From: Giardia intestinalis
Taxonomy: Eukaryota
Length of the DNA stretch: 64,000 nucleotides
Reading direction: 5' to 3' (one strand)
NCBI GenBank assembly: GCA_000002435.2
Contig: CM018792.1
Shown: one piece after another, positions 37,801 through 48,291 of the stretch
Numbering within the stretch: position 1 is the first letter of the stretch
Layout of the letters: the number at the start of each line of letters is the position of its first letter
Position numbers and translations under genes: made by a program
The notes under the pieces: generated by a model
What the model was told of the DNA's origin: nothing
What the model saw: the letters and a program-made list of their open reading frames with translations, nothing else
Databases searched by the model: none

Positions 37801-40800
37801 ACAGGCTTGCCGATATATATCTGTAGAGGACCATTTCCTTGCTAAATATATTCCTGATACCTTCTATCTTCTGAATCAGAAGCGGTTGTCTGTGTTAGTG
37901 CCCACAGACTTCGGATTTACCGAACTGACAACAACCATGCACGGAATCTGTATCGATGGACATACAAAGAAGTGTGGTATACAGCTCACCCTTTACTTTT
38001 CATCGCATTTGATGCGTCTCATTGTTATGATGAAGCGGGGAGCAAGCCCACTTTTACGCCCGATCATAAAGGGGCAAAATTGTACTCTTGAAACGAGCAT
38101 GACGCAGATTCAGCAGCCTGCAGAGGCTGATGTCAATCCTCTGCTGATAGATCTTGACGAGGGTTGTGAGTTACTCAATGCCCTTCTGATATTTGCAAGC
38201 AATGAGCTAGATTTCGACCTTGCAGTGCGAGCCTCAATCTTTTGCAGCGACTTCATATATGTTTTAGCATCCACCTGGCCTGTTATGCTCTTCATTCAAA
38301 AGTTTTCAACAAACATGTTTCTTTCCCACTCGTCTTCAAATGTAAAGCCGTCTATGGTACTGCCACTAATCTCATTAAAAGATACAGGTATGTCAGGGTA
38401 TACACTACTGACAACTTTGCGCACATTGCAAATAATTTTATACTTTAATCAATTTTTTATGTACAATTCAACCAATCTTCATCTTAGAACAAAGTACAGA
38501 TTTCAGCTGTATAGATATTCTTATAAAACGGTGGTTGAGTTGAACAGTATCTGGACAAAACCGTCTCGTTCATCAAAAGGCCCCAGCAAGCGAGGATTCG
38601 ACTCGTCCCTAATAGCCTGTTACTTGGCCTTCTACTACACAAAGGCAATTATTGCTAAGCTACTGATCAATCTTGTATTCCTTTTGCGTTGTGACAAGTC
38701 TAACCTTCTGACCTACACTGATAGATACTTTGCTGATTGTCTTTCTGAGCTGCACCAGATTGTCCCATACTTTTGTGATGTACAACGCAATGAGGCATCG
38801 GTAAGGTCTGCCCTGGATAATCGTCAACACTCTGACCGCAAGACCACAATGGATCACGGCTTTTCATTGAATACAAATAGGTTTTCTCGTGAGCTATCGT
38901 TCTATGTTTCAAATATTATGCCACTTATTGCCGAAATATCTCATTGCAGCATCGCAAATCCGGCGTCTCTATATACCAATCAAACAGGAGCCAGTGGTTT
39001 TAGAGTCTTGGAAGACGACACAATCTCAACCTCCATCCTGAAGATCGTCGCCTTGCTCGGTCGAAGACATGGAGAAACCTTAGACGCGAGTCTCCAACTC
39101 ATGCGGAACTTTATCCCGCTTATGGATGGAGCCAAGATTGCAATAGGCTGGCTTGTGGACGTCCTTCAGACATACCTAAATCCTCTTCGGGCTATTCTAC
39201 CAAAGAATAGTAAGGTATTTACATTAGCCTCAAACATTAATCGCTCCTGTAATAGCCTGCCCAACTTTGCTCCAATGTGCGCTGAAACAGGTAGTGAAGC
39301 ACGCCATATGACGGCAGCGACAGGCCTGTTATGGTCTTATCAGCGCCAAGATACTCTTTTTGCCCAGTACTGCGTGTGCAAGAATGCCTTCGTTAACACA
39401 CTTTATGAGAATATGTTCAGCAAGGAAACCATTTCCGCACTCATTCATACCACTTGCTACATGGATAACCGGGACTATCAAAAGTATATGAATCCATATT
39501 ACATTTCTCGATCACGGTCAGGACTTGAACAGCAGTACCAACAAAAGTACGAGCATGACCATTTTCTAAAAATCACCACACCGGCCATTTTACCTGATAG
39601 AATCCCTTTATCTGCCGATATTATAACCAATTCATCATTTGTCATGACGATTCTTCAAATATTAGCGTCTGCTGATCTCATTAATGCGAATATACTAGCT
39701 TCTTTTGCAGATATGATAAATAAGAAAAGCGTCTTCACAGAGCTGTCAAACTACACGGAAAGCTGCTTGCTACCGTCTAATAAAGAGAGTGCACGGTACC
39801 CAACCGCTGCCATAGAGCTCCATGCTCATCCTTCCAAAAAGATCCATACAGCCCGCCAGCTTCTCTGCATGGCGGTTCCATCAATATCCATTGCGTGTTC
39901 CCTCCTCAATAGCTACTCCTGCCAAGAGATCCGCTACGTAGCTGCTCTAAAATTCTATTACCTCTCGCACATAGGGAAAAGCAAAACAATCCTGGCATAC
40001 CTTCTTTTCCTCACCAATGCATTACACTTCGACATGTACTCCGGTGATTTGCTCATCAACATAGCCTCTCATTCGCGTCTTTTTGGGCTCTACACGTTGA
40101 TTCAGCTTAGCTCTTTATATTCTCAGTTTCTCACACAACAGCACAGTGAGATCTTTCTCAGTGTTGCAGTTGGCGGAGCTGTTGCAGAAGAGCTGCTATC
40201 AATTATAAAAAGTATGACATTAGACAAGCTGGTTGTGTACATCCACGGTAATCCATTTTCCAAGCAGATCGAGCAACAGAAATATTTAGCGTTGCAGGAG
40301 GTAATAACGAAGAAGCTTTCTAGTAAAGGAGTCACTCTACAGACCATAAGAACTAATCTGATGACATTCTTTGGCTATACGAAAGCAGGGGCTGCTCCAG
40401 ATAACGGTCCCATCTATGCGCTCTATCAGCAACTAATGCTTTCGATACCAGATACGAATCATATTGTTATTCGTGCATATCTATTGTACCTCCTTATCCT
40501 AACATCAGGTTCTAAGGAAGATGCCCTATTTTATATAGCCAATCTTCATTTTTATGATACTATGACGAACTATTCCGCTGAGTTACTACGAATAAATGCC
40601 GGAAACAGGGATCCAGTCCTGGCCCAGAAGCTGAAGGAGTTCAGTGCAGTACTAAATGCAAAGAGCAACATCGTGCTACTTAGCGACCCTGATTACACAA
40701 TAACAGGGATTTGCTATCAGAAAGCGAAGTGCTTGAAATCTCATGCAAAGGCACCCTATCTGGTGTTCTTTAACACTCTAAAGACCAACGCCACCCACAA

Positions 40801-41617
40801 AGCAGCTGTTAAGGGAGGAATATTCAAAGCAGGAGACGATGTCTCGCAAGATCAGCTAACAATGGTGTTGATCTCGCTGTTCAAACAGGTCTTCGAGCCA
40901 TTGAAGATGTGGCTTTCTCCTTACATTGCACTTCCAATAGGAAAGGACTACGGCTTCATAGAGCTTTTAAACAAGGCCAGCAGCCTTGACCAGATAGGTG
41001 CAACTTCGGACAACTTCTTAGTGGGATACATAAGTAGCATTACCGAAGCCAGTAGAGAGGAAGCTACTGGCACCCCGCACGCTTCACAAAAGCTAAGTCT
41101 TACCGTCGCCAAACGGCGCTTTCTATTATCTTACGCTGGGTACTCAATTCTTAGCTATCTATTATCATTCAAAGATAGACACAACGGAAACATCATGATT
41201 AACGAGTACTGCAACGTAATTCATATAGATTTTGGGTTTCTTTTGGAAATAGCCCCTGGGGGAAAGTTTAATACTGAAAGCGCACCATTCAAGCTGACAA
41301 AGGCGTTTAAAACGATATTAGGTGGCGAAGAATCAACGTCATATACACTGTTTCAGCACATCTTCGTTAGAGGCCTGCTCTTGTCTAAAATATTTGGGAA
41401 GGATATTTCTTATTTAATTGAAGCCATGCTGAAGTCAAATCTCCCTGCAATCAAGGGCAGTGGGTCCATCACACAGTTCAGACAAAGGATGTTCCTGGAA
41501 GATTCGTTTGGGTCTGCTGCGGAGCAGGCAGTTCAGCTAATCAACGAGAGTTCTAAGAAAGGGTATGGGGCGTATGATAAGTTCCAGAGCTGGCAGAACA
41601 ATATAACCTATGGCTAG
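34838..41617 (+). CDS. Phosphatidylinositol 4-kinase (PI3K/PI4K superfamily; PI4K-alpha-like, 2259 aa)
   Basis: C-terminal catalytic domain GDDVSQDQLTMVLISLFKQVFE...; catalytic loop DRHNGNIMI; activation loop IHIDFGFLLE...PFKLTKAF. The long helical N-terminus is typical of PI4KIIIalpha. Initiator gtgtaaattttaATG. Confidence 0.8.
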   Translation: MTNAGFYRTLWKTGLFDTDMLKRQVQEKDEDVQLWSSAELLLDLIRSDRPRPPFTKVSAEIFFDGSQSAEADEKPSIDVKGATLNLFFDILHQSSILTSSLVQYLTTKLLLNWSDVDTISASLDPVGYVCLLLVYHSMVSSDSALVLLIEKLITATIHSISNKRFNETLGTFLVICRGTLVDIEELIIRHSISLQNLAQYERNLAFLSGMAHGYTYLQIESHKFAVLSKHCGFSRGDTFALSQSLMKVLPANQCLLQYQYMDLLAIVLSVNLWQPQACSTLTDFLNHIQALSHQAGYKLKTAMRINPHSFLAVSIIRLCSRLKSFVNGSLEQLQVKTPAQQNILVTLRTLLQRMQLLITDALNGQATVAAKSNIFLKDLRSTFPTMYSEFIRPYCCAFIVLLDVCAYLNKRGVEIGLDTTDMQESLLIIWRSLIVLDAPYLGHKDTKKGLYFHLSSGFYCDSLLDFLLEHLNISTSDNNFFSKLTEVNWSTLFKHLAFHTEPVPFVFSSDRKYSLEEEMPAGSLHHLRESLIAELNSRSLSHRKTRDAVNSIPDGYICGLYALTLIEIYSALWSGRGSLSLAFNKKEKSVVGRLSRYNIYGYLPKEPFNELINFEKEIVRQKSEDKGGIYLLNESAGDVPLYFSSSSPLDAENCIVSVGPIPDEPLTNNKSSAGISSTNFFKFYAELFCSVYEQLSSYTFLEELIIHQEVAHKWTSICFASNPKTHTRTIPVFLVKDVDIPDPLPDLLFRKIVFEIVNLLVSAEDSMSLTEINIYLDFAGTLLQKLPNIKLSPSILSQYIQTGVSIYNKFNFIFGVTADYFASIMSNSFFFEQLLTSAFICNDRQKMLMVVPAINEFFSKLFSHNRFISVLYAHAINHAALKHSDVNFSTANLPTTLSIILSNIFLKFTRNSFLVQQPQVHSTEESNQEGYRYIVTSQIEFSCLMTELREHLCSLPIWEYKQTAIACLESMLDMLTTPPIALNLGSSKQACRYISVEDHFLAKYIPDTFYLLNQKRLSVLVPTDFGFTELTTTMHGICIDGHTKKCGIQLTLYFSSHLMRLIVMMKRGASPLLRPIIKGQNCTLETSMTQIQQPAEADVNPLLIDLDEGCELLNALLIFASNELDFDLAVRASIFCSDFIYVLASTWPVMLFIQKFSTNMFLSHSSSNVKPSMVLPLISLKDTGMSGYTLLTTLRTLQIILYFNQFFMYNSTNLHLRTKYRFQLYRYSYKTVVELNSIWTKPSRSSKGPSKRGFDSSLIACYLAFYYTKAIIAKLLINLVFLLRCDKSNLLTYTDRYFADCLSELHQIVPYFCDVQRNEASVRSALDNRQHSDRKTTMDHGFSLNTNRFSRELSFYVSNIMPLIAEISHCSIANPASLYTNQTGASGFRVLEDDTISTSILKIVALLGRRHGETLDASLQLMRNFIPLMDGAKIAIGWLVDVLQTYLNPLRAILPKNSKVFTLASNINRSCNSLPNFAPMCAETGSEARHMTAATGLLWSYQRQDTLFAQYCVCKNAFVNTLYENMFSKETISALIHTTCYMDNRDYQKYMNPYYISRSRSGLEQQYQQKYEHDHFLKITTPAILPDRIPLSADIITNSSFVMTILQILASADLINANILASFADMINKKSVFTELSNYTESCLLPSNKESARYPTAAIELHAHPSKKIHTARQLLCMAVPSISIACSLLNSYSCQEIRYVAALKFYYLSHIGKSKTILAYLLFLTNALHFDMYSGDLLINIASHSRLFGLYTLIQLSSLYSQFLTQQHSEIFLSVAVGGAVAEELLSIIKSMTLDKLVVYIHGNPFSKQIEQQKYLALQEVITKKLSSKGVTLQTIRTNLMTFFGYTKAGAAPDNGPIYALYQQLMLSIPDTNHIVIRAYLLYLLILTSGSKEDALFYIANLHFYDTMTNYSAELLRINAGNRDPVLAQKLKEFSAVLNAKSNIVLLSDPDYTITGICYQKAKCLKSHAKAPYLVFFNTLKTNATHKAAVKGGIFKAGDDVSQDQLTMVLISLFKQVFEPLKMWLSPYIALPIGKDYGFIELLNKASSLDQIGATSDNFLVGYISSITEASREEATGTPHASQKLSLTVAKRRFLLSYAGYSILSYLLSFKDRHNGNIMINEYCNVIHIDFGFLLEIAPGGKFNTESAPFKLTKAFKTILGGEESTSYTLFQHIFVRGLLLSKIFGKDISYLIEAMLKSNLPAIKGSGSITQFRQRMFLEDSFGSAAEQAVQLINESSKKGYGAYDKFQSWQNNITYG

Positions 41618-41620
41618 GTT

Positions 41621-43498
41621 CTACTTAGTGCTCTTGGGTGCACGGTGCTTTGGCATGGTCTCTACTCCGGCTATGCGTGCAGCAAATTTGAGAGAGCTTA
41701 CAGCCTCCTGGTAGTTGCTCTCCTCTGGGGCCAGAGTGACAACGACCATTGTCTTGCTGTCCCCGGAGAGCGATGGCTGCAATATACTTGTTAGTTTAGA
41801 GTCTCTATAAGGAACATGAGGGGTCTTTGTAACCAGACTACATATAACACTAGAAAGTGCAGTTAGTGACTTGTTGATAGCAATTGCCTCTGCAAGGCGC
41901 TCTTCCTTTGCCCCGCTCTTCTCGACATTCTCGCTCCCAGCCAGATCTATGAGATTGAGCTGTCCGTGCAATTGCTGATTGTGTTCTTCGTTAGACGCGT
42001 TGATGTCCAGCTGAAAAATCGCATGTGAACGTGACGAGCGCGCATTCATATCCGTAGAACCAACTGCCCTATTATCAAAAGCTTGGCATAGGAGCCAGTT
42101 GAGCTCTTCTGGTGATGCTACATTTTTCTTGAAGAGGTTGTCGACGTATGCGTTCCCATTAGCATCTCGCATTATCTGGCACTTCTTCCCCGTGTTGCTG
42201 CCTGACTTTTGAACAAGAAGATCCTGTACTGTGTCATTGTATATCTCAAAGAATGAGGCGGTTAGCTCGTACGACCACTTATCCCGCGCCGTCTCACTAG
42301 CAAACAGGAAGATCTGCTCTACTGCACGAGGCATGATGCCCTTGTCTTCCGGAGCCATGGTTGCCCACGATCCAGAGCTAGGACCAAGCATTGTATGTGT
42401 TTTACCCGAAGCTGTCTGGCCATAAGCAAATATGCAGACTCTGAAGCCATCTAGTGCCGACTGCACTAACTCACTGACATCGTTCCAGATGTCCTGCTGT
42501 GTTGCATCCATGGAGTACACTCGGTCAAATTCATAAGAATGCTCTGCTCTTCTGACCTTCATGCCATCAAGTGATTTTTCTGCTCTACCAAAGAGTGAAA
42601 TTAGCCGCTTATCTGTTGCACTATCTGGGAACTCAAACCGTATGCCGCCATCTGTACCACCTGGAGACGTGACAGCCGTACTGGGTCGGAGCCGAACCGC
42701 AACACGAATGGCGCCTCGCAGATCTTGTATAATGTTGTGAAGCCGTCGGCGTTCTTGCATATCTAATTGACGCTGAGCGAGAAGGTGGCGTGTTTCTTCA
42801 CGCAGCTCTTCTAGCTGAGCGACTATGGTCCCCTTCTCCTGAGAGGATGTGGCCAAGTGTGTCTCCATCATGCGCTCCCGCTCCAGAAGCCTCTGGTTGT
42901 CGTCTTTCAACGTTGCATTTGTGGCCTGTAATACAGCTATTTGTTCCTGCAAACTTTCTACGTCCACGTTACCAATGGCCAACAGTTTGGTGTGCTCGGT
43001 CTGGAGTTCAGTAAGCCGTTGCACCATGCTTGCCAGCTGTTGCTCCAAAGCATCCTTCTCAGCTGTTAAATTACATGTTACCTGTTCTTGAGCCCGAAGT
43101 TGTCCTTTAAGCCTGGCAATCTCATCATTAGCTCTATCGGATAGTTGAATAAGGGGTCTAGAAAAGTCTGTCGCATTCAGCTGTTCAATAAGCGCTTTTG
43201 CCTTGGAGTTTGTGGTCACCGCATCCTCTGTCGTCTTCATGATGTCTCGTAAAGCTTGCTTCTTACTCCCCCTGGTAGAATGCCTATCATGCTCAATGCT
43301 GTGAATTTCACTCAAAGATGCTCCAGCTAGGGTCTTTGTGGCAGTCTTGCCTAGGGTACTCATCATCTTTGCTGTCTTGTGAGAAAATAGAGCTTGACTT
43401 GACTTCTTCATGACCGACGGACTTACACCGGATTCCCTGGTTTCGCTACGCACGCCACTTTCTACAAAAGAGCGAGATCCGCGGAGCGAATTCGGCAT
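41621..43498 (-). CDS. Kinesin-14 (C-terminal motor kinesin)
   Basis: N-terminal coiled coil; kinesin-14 neck RRRLHNIIQDLRGAIRVAVRLRP; P-loop FAYGQTASGKTHTM; switch I NARSSRSHAIFQ; switch II LIDLAGSE. Motor at the C-terminus. Its stop lies 3 nt from the PI4K stop (convergent). Confidence 0.85.
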   Translation of the reverse strand: MPNSLRGSRSFVESGVRSETRESGVSPSVMKKSSQALFSHKTAKMMSTLGKTATKTLAGASLSEIHSIEHDRHSTRGSKKQALRDIMKTTEDAVTTNSKAKALIEQLNATDFSRPLIQLSDRANDEIARLKGQLRAQEQVTCNLTAEKDALEQQLASMVQRLTELQTEHTKLLAIGNVDVESLQEQIAVLQATNATLKDDNQRLLERERMMETHLATSSQEKGTIVAQLEELREETRHLLAQRQLDMQERRRLHNIIQDLRGAIRVAVRLRPSTAVTSPGGTDGGIRFEFPDSATDKRLISLFGRAEKSLDGMKVRRAEHSYEFDRVYSMDATQQDIWNDVSELVQSALDGFRVCIFAYGQTASGKTHTMLGPSSGSWATMAPEDKGIMPRAVEQIFLFASETARDKWSYELTASFFEIYNDTVQDLLVQKSGSNTGKKCQIMRDANGNAYVDNLFKKNVASPEELNWLLCQAFDNRAVGSTDMNARSSRSHAIFQLDINASNEEHNQQLHGQLNLIDLAGSENVEKSGAKEERLAEAIAINKSLTALSSVICSLVTKTPHVPYRDSKLTSILQPSLSGDSKTMVVVTLAPEESNYQEAVSSLKFAARIAGVETMPKHRAPKSTK

Positions 43499-43544
43499 GG
43501 GAAATCAAAAGTTTTAGCAAAGTTTTAGATCTGGGAATTTACTA

Positions 43545-45968
43545 TCACTTGTCCAACTTCTTCAGCAGCTCACTGTTTTCACGCGTAAGACGCTTAACTG
43601 TATTCATTAGCTCTGTACGCGCAGCTATGGAGTAGATCTCTCCCTGAGGCATGCCTTCTACCTCAAAACTATAGAGAAAATCGTCAATTCGAATCCTTTT
43701 ATAGTCAAGCATGTAGAATGCTCTGATCATTCCGAAGAGCTCCATAAACGCTCTGAGCCGCTTTTCCTTGTCCTCTGCATGGTTGACGCCAATCTTGACT
43801 CTTCTTCGACTTTCATTAGCAAAGATTGAAAGCGTACTCGACGAATTGGGTAGTGGTACGGGATTTAGAATATATCGTATCAATGATATTGTGCTTATTT
43901 CGGCCATAACATTCCTCTCAATGGATGCATCACGTGACTGATCCCCTTTCGCAAACACATCTGAGAGTGCTGCATACTCCTTGGTAAGCTTCCCAAACTT
44001 TTCCTTAAGTACCTGGTATTCCATATATACTTTTCTAAACTCTTCTACAGTAAGCCCGCTATCCTTTTCACTTTGTTTGTATAACAGATCCCTCTCTTGA
44101 CGCAACCGATCTGCGTCTTCCTTTAGTGCACAGTTCTTGTCTGTCAGTTTCCTATTTTCTGCTTTCAAAATGATATTAGATTTTTGTAACTCTGCAATGG
44201 TACGTTGCATAGTGTCTTGCCTCGTCTCCATCTCCTTGATAAGAAGAGTGAGACTGCTTTCCTTTTTGTCCATCTCGAGCTTTAGCTGCTCCGCTACTTC
44301 GACAGACATATGTGTGGCAGAAGTTAAGGCGGTCGTAATTCCACTAGCAGCTGTGGAAGAGCTGATGAGTTGATCTATGTTACCATCTGGCCGGCTACTC
44401 TTGTTCAGCTCGGCACGAAGCTTCTCGTTTTCATTCTTCAGTGCCATATATGCGGAGACAGAGACATTGGGTACCGATTGGAGACTTGCTTCCTCTAGAG
44501 TACGCTGGGTTGCGTGTAGCTGCTCAGATTTTTGGATGACTTCCTTTTCCAATGCATCTATTCTTTCCAGCAAGCGTTCATAGGCCAAAGGTAGCTCTGT
44601 TTGAAGAGCGGAACTAGACGGTGTACCAGGAGAAGTGTAGCTTTTTTGTCCATGTTCATGCAGATGCGTACGTGTTCCCTTCTCTTTTGTGGTGATGCTG
44701 CCGTTCCTGGTTGCATCAGGTGACTCTCCCGTGCTACCAGACTCTAGCGTGCTATTCCCCAGAGATGCCAAAGCAGCCACACTGAGAGGCGACTCTTCAA
44801 ATAGTTGCTTACAGTTCAAACAGATCGCTTTTCCATTTAGAAACCGGGACATAGTCATCGCCAGCTCATTTATAAAGTTCTTTACCTGGCGCAATGTCTC
44901 GTTAGACTCATTAATCCCGTTCATAATGTAATCCTGATCAGACTTGGCGTGAAATGAGAGCTGAAGAAGTTCGGTGAGCATGTGGATGGGGTCTTCTGCT
45001 AGACTAGTGGCCTGTGGTTTGGCATGTGACTCATCTCGACCCGAATTGAGGCGCATTAAAGAGTCAGATTGATTTAGACGCGTGCTGTTGTGTGGACTAT
45101 GTAACTCTGTAATAAGCTGATCTTGAATGCAGTCTCTAACCAGTGCGCTGGCAGCGGAGTAAGTTACCTCGTCAAGAGAAAGGTCTTGCAACAACGTGTC
45201 GTTGTGGGCTATTAGCGTCAAGAAAATGTGCCGCTGTACAGTCCTGTTGGGAGACGAATCCATGGAGAATCTGTGTGGGCATGTTATAATGTGGTCATTA
45301 TATAATTTAAATAGGGTATCTGAAAATGTGCAGCCCTTCTGTGCATAAGGACAGCGGGTTATCAATCTTGTTTGTGTTTCTTCTAAAAGTATGGCGTCAA
45401 CTAGGGCCAGACCTATTCTGTCTGTACAAGCAGGGCACGAAAAAGATCGCTGATCAATGGAGGCAACCCCCTTCTCAATGCAAGTGGAACATACAACGTG
45501 GGTGCACGGATAGATAATTATGGGCACAAACAGGATCTCTTTGCAATGAGCACATCGAGCTAGGGAAGCCTCGGTGTCATGCGATTCTGATAGTAAAGCA
45601 TCATGCTTTAAAGGACCAGAAGAAAGAGACATGGGATCTGCTCCTTCTTGATTCAGAGGTACTCCAGCTGAGGTAGTACATTCACTAGAAACAACCGTTT
45701 CCGTATTTAACGCCACAGGTTGCACATCCCCCCTCAGATGGTAAAGCAAATAGTCGTTTGGGAGCATGATCAGTGGGTTGAACCTACCATCATTGAGTAG
45801 GCAAACGAAGTATTTGAGGACTTGGGATAGATGAGCCATCACTTGCTGGTCCACTTCAAAAGTCCGAATGGCTCCCGTGCATTTCATGATAAGAGTCTGA
45901 ATACAATGGGACTCGACGTTACTATCGCCTTCTATCCCTAGTGCAGACAAAATACCGAATGCAGACAT
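43545..45968 (-). CDS. RING-finger coiled-coil protein (putative E3 ligase-like). Start re-anchored to ATG at complement 45966..45968 (the track start 46046 is a TTG)
   Basis: C3HC4-like CAHCKEILFVPIIIYPCTHVVCSTCIEKGV...CPACTD; extensive coiled coil in the C-terminal half. Confidence 0.55.
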   Translation of the reverse strand: MSAFGILSALGIEGDSNVESHCIQTLIMKCTGAIRTFEVDQQVMAHLSQVLKYFVCLLNDGRFNPLIMLPNDYLLYHLRGDVQPVALNTETVVSSECTTSAGVPLNQEGADPMSLSSGPLKHDALLSESHDTEASLARCAHCKEILFVPIIIYPCTHVVCSTCIEKGVASIDQRSFSCPACTDRIGLALVDAILLEETQTRLITRCPYAQKGCTFSDTLFKLYNDHIITCPHRFSMDSSPNRTVQRHIFLTLIAHNDTLLQDLSLDEVTYSAASALVRDCIQDQLITELHSPHNSTRLNQSDSLMRLNSGRDESHAKPQATSLAEDPIHMLTELLQLSFHAKSDQDYIMNGINESNETLRQVKNFINELAMTMSRFLNGKAICLNCKQLFEESPLSVAALASLGNSTLESGSTGESPDATRNGSITTKEKGTRTHLHEHGQKSYTSPGTPSSSALQTELPLAYERLLERIDALEKEVIQKSEQLHATQRTLEEASLQSVPNVSVSAYMALKNENEKLRAELNKSSRPDGNIDQLISSSTAASGITTALTSATHMSVEVAEQLKLEMDKKESSLTLLIKEMETRQDTMQRTIAELQKSNIILKAENRKLTDKNCALKEDADRLRQERDLLYKQSEKDSGLTVEEFRKVYMEYQVLKEKFGKLTKEYAALSDVFAKGDQSRDASIERNVMAEISTISLIRYILNPVPLPNSSSTLSIFANESRRRVKIGVNHAEDKEKRLRAFMELFGMIRAFYMLDYKRIRIDDFLYSFEVEGMPQGEIYSIAARTELMNTVKRLTRENSELLKKLDK

Positions 45969-46163
45969 GAAAATCCAGAACCCTGTCGATCTATTTTTAA
46001 CTTTGGAATTTGCCTTTCTGTCTTTCGCTTTTTGGATGTCCTTCAATCTTATTTCAAAGAGCTCTCAAACATGTACGCGTCCGCTGGCAACCTTTTAGGA
46101 TACGTTAGTCTGGTCACAAATCTTTAGCATCAAATTTGAGTGTCTGGCTTGCATAGAGAAAAA

Positions 46164-46664
46164 ATGGCGCTCAGCTCGTCCCAAGTAGCCATTCTGAAGG
46201 AAGTCTTTTATATTTATGAAGATCCCGCTAAGCGTAGTGGTCCTGTTCGGGATGATAGTGTAGACCCTACTGGACGAATACGAAAGTCTGACCTTCTCCG
46301 CTTCCTACGTGCTCTGGGGTTGCCATTTACTCTTAAAGATGTTGCTGATTATACTAGTCAATACTCAATAACTGGTAACTCTATATCGTTTACGGATGCT
46401 GTTACATTGGTGACGGCTTGGAAGCGCTCCAGCCACCCTGATCCCTCTGATGCCGTCTCTGTCATCTTCAATGCATGTACTCCACGAGACGGTGTAATTA
46501 CAATTCAAAAGTTGAAATCTGTCATTTGCAGTTCAGCCTTGGAAGATGGCATCACGCCTATGGACTTTGATCTTTTGATCTCCGATCACGGGTTTTCTGG
46601 GAATTCAGTGCTTACGCTCCCGGATCTCGTGAAGCTTCTTGGGCCTCCTACTCCGTTGATATAG
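46164..46664 (+). CDS. Small EF-hand-like (calmodulin/centrin-like, degenerate) protein. First ATG is 46164; the track start 46140 is a GTG
   Basis: ILKEVFYIYED...G.I....LLRFLRALG and ...FNACTPRDGVITIQKLKSVI resemble a degenerate EF-hand pair. Initiator gagaaaaaATG. Confidence 0.35.
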   Translation: MALSSSQVAILKEVFYIYEDPAKRSGPVRDDSVDPTGRIRKSDLLRFLRALGLPFTLKDVADYTSQYSITGNSISFTDAVTLVTAWKRSSHPDPSDAVSVIFNACTPRDGVITIQKLKSVICSSALEDGITPMDFDLLISDHGFSGNSVLTLPDLVKLLGPPTPLI

Positions 46665-46692
46665 AACCTTTGTTAAACCTAAAAAGTAAACG

Positions 46693-48291
46693 ATGGACGA
46701 GAACGGCCGTAAAATACGTCCGTTCCCGCCCACGGGAATAGGTGCAGACTCTCGGCAAGGATCCATTAGTAGCACAGGACCAGGACAGCGGTCACGGGGT
46801 GCATGGCCCCACGTTTCTCAATACTCTACCACATATCCAGATGCTGCTTCTGCCTCCCTTTGCAACCCCTATCAGACGAACTTTACGTCATCTCAAGCTG
46901 GGCAACCCAGATATTCAGAGCACAGCGTCTATCCTAATACTCTAATTTGGACCCCTTCTACCAGCTCTTTGAATCAGGAAATACCCAATGTTGAGCAGCA
47001 GCAACAGCAGCAGTACGTGCCAAAAGATCGAACAGCTCTTCCACGACACTCCTTGCAGCCAGGTCAATCACATTTTGTGGGGCCTTTTCAAGATCCATCA
47101 TCCTATACAATCTCGTCATTTGAGAACAATCCACAGTTTCAACCGAATAACCCCAGTGCATATCCACAGTCTCAGACACCGATAAGTAACATTATCACAC
47201 AGACCCCCAGTCTAATGTATCATCCCCAAGCCTATGTCCCCGTGCCATCCATGTCCATGCCTCCGCAGTTGTACTCACACCCCCCTGCCTTGGCTGACCA
47301 GCAATCGATCGGCTATGACACAATTAGTATGGGATCCGTGCAGCCAGTTGCGTCCAATTCCTTGATACAAGAGATTCTTGCCCGCATGCGAATTCTTTAC
47401 ACCTCTCTCTTTAATCTATACACAAATTCTAATAAGGTTATGCTAGCATATCGGAATTCTCAGGTGTTTCAGGTATATTACGACATATCTATGACGATGT
47501 GGTATCTTGGGAAGACTACTTCAGAGATAATTCAGCTAATCACTAGTTCTATCGCGTCCTCGTCAACGTTGCCTCTTTCCATGGACGCAAATTTGGGCCT
47601 TGGCAGCACCTCAAATTCTATATCTCGCTTGGCAAATCCTCGGACCAAGGAGGACTCTGTAATAGAGACGGAGCCCAAGGCCACTATCGACGCCTTTGCC
47701 TCAATCATCACCCATACAAAAGACTTTCTTGGATCAGACCCGGTTTATCCGCATGCAGAAATTACATTCGAAAAGAAGTCCACTGAGGACCGGATTGCAG
47801 AGTTAGAGTCTAACTTACGAAGGATGATTAAGCACATCTATGGCGAATTAGACGTTGATGCAGTGCTGGAAGCAGCCGGGTTAGCCTCGCTTGTTGCCGA
47901 GAAGGCTACCCCTAGTGCAACTATAGGTTATCTCACAGGAGCTGATGAGGAACCGGTTTATTCTAAGGATGTCCTCTTGGCAATGGATAAGAGCCAATTG
48001 GTAGAACGGATAGAGGCGCAGAATGCAATCATTGACACTCTACGACACACTTTTAGTCTAGTAACTGCAAATATTACGACGCTATCTCGAGCCTCAGTTC
48101 CTTCGAACGCGATGGGCGCGACTGATGAGCTGAGCAATACTACACCACCTGCTGTCAGCACATTAATGAAACAGTTAACTGAGCGCACTACGCAGTTGGC
48201 ATCTGCCCAGAGACGGCTCTTGACAGCAGAAGCAGAGCTACGGTGCCTTAGAGCTGAACGTGAGCAGCAGCACCCAGTGTCTACAAGCTAG
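46693..48291 (+). CDS. Hypothetical Gln/Pro-rich protein with a C-terminal coiled coil (532 aa)
   Basis: QQQQQYVPKDRT..., low-complexity N-terminal half, C-terminal LTAEAELRCLRAEREQQ. Initiator cctaaaaagtaaacgATG. Confidence 0.45.
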   Translation: MDENGRKIRPFPPTGIGADSRQGSISSTGPGQRSRGAWPHVSQYSTTYPDAASASLCNPYQTNFTSSQAGQPRYSEHSVYPNTLIWTPSTSSLNQEIPNVEQQQQQQYVPKDRTALPRHSLQPGQSHFVGPFQDPSSYTISSFENNPQFQPNNPSAYPQSQTPISNIITQTPSLMYHPQAYVPVPSMSMPPQLYSHPPALADQQSIGYDTISMGSVQPVASNSLIQEILARMRILYTSLFNLYTNSNKVMLAYRNSQVFQVYYDISMTMWYLGKTTSEIIQLITSSIASSSTLPLSMDANLGLGSTSNSISRLANPRTKEDSVIETEPKATIDAFASIITHTKDFLGSDPVYPHAEITFEKKSTEDRIAELESNLRRMIKHIYGELDVDAVLEAAGLASLVAEKATPSATIGYLTGADEEPVYSKDVLLAMDKSQLVERIEAQNAIIDTLRHTFSLVTANITTLSRASVPSNAMGATDELSNTTPPAVSTLMKQLTERTTQLASAQRRLLTAEAELRCLRAEREQQHPVSTS

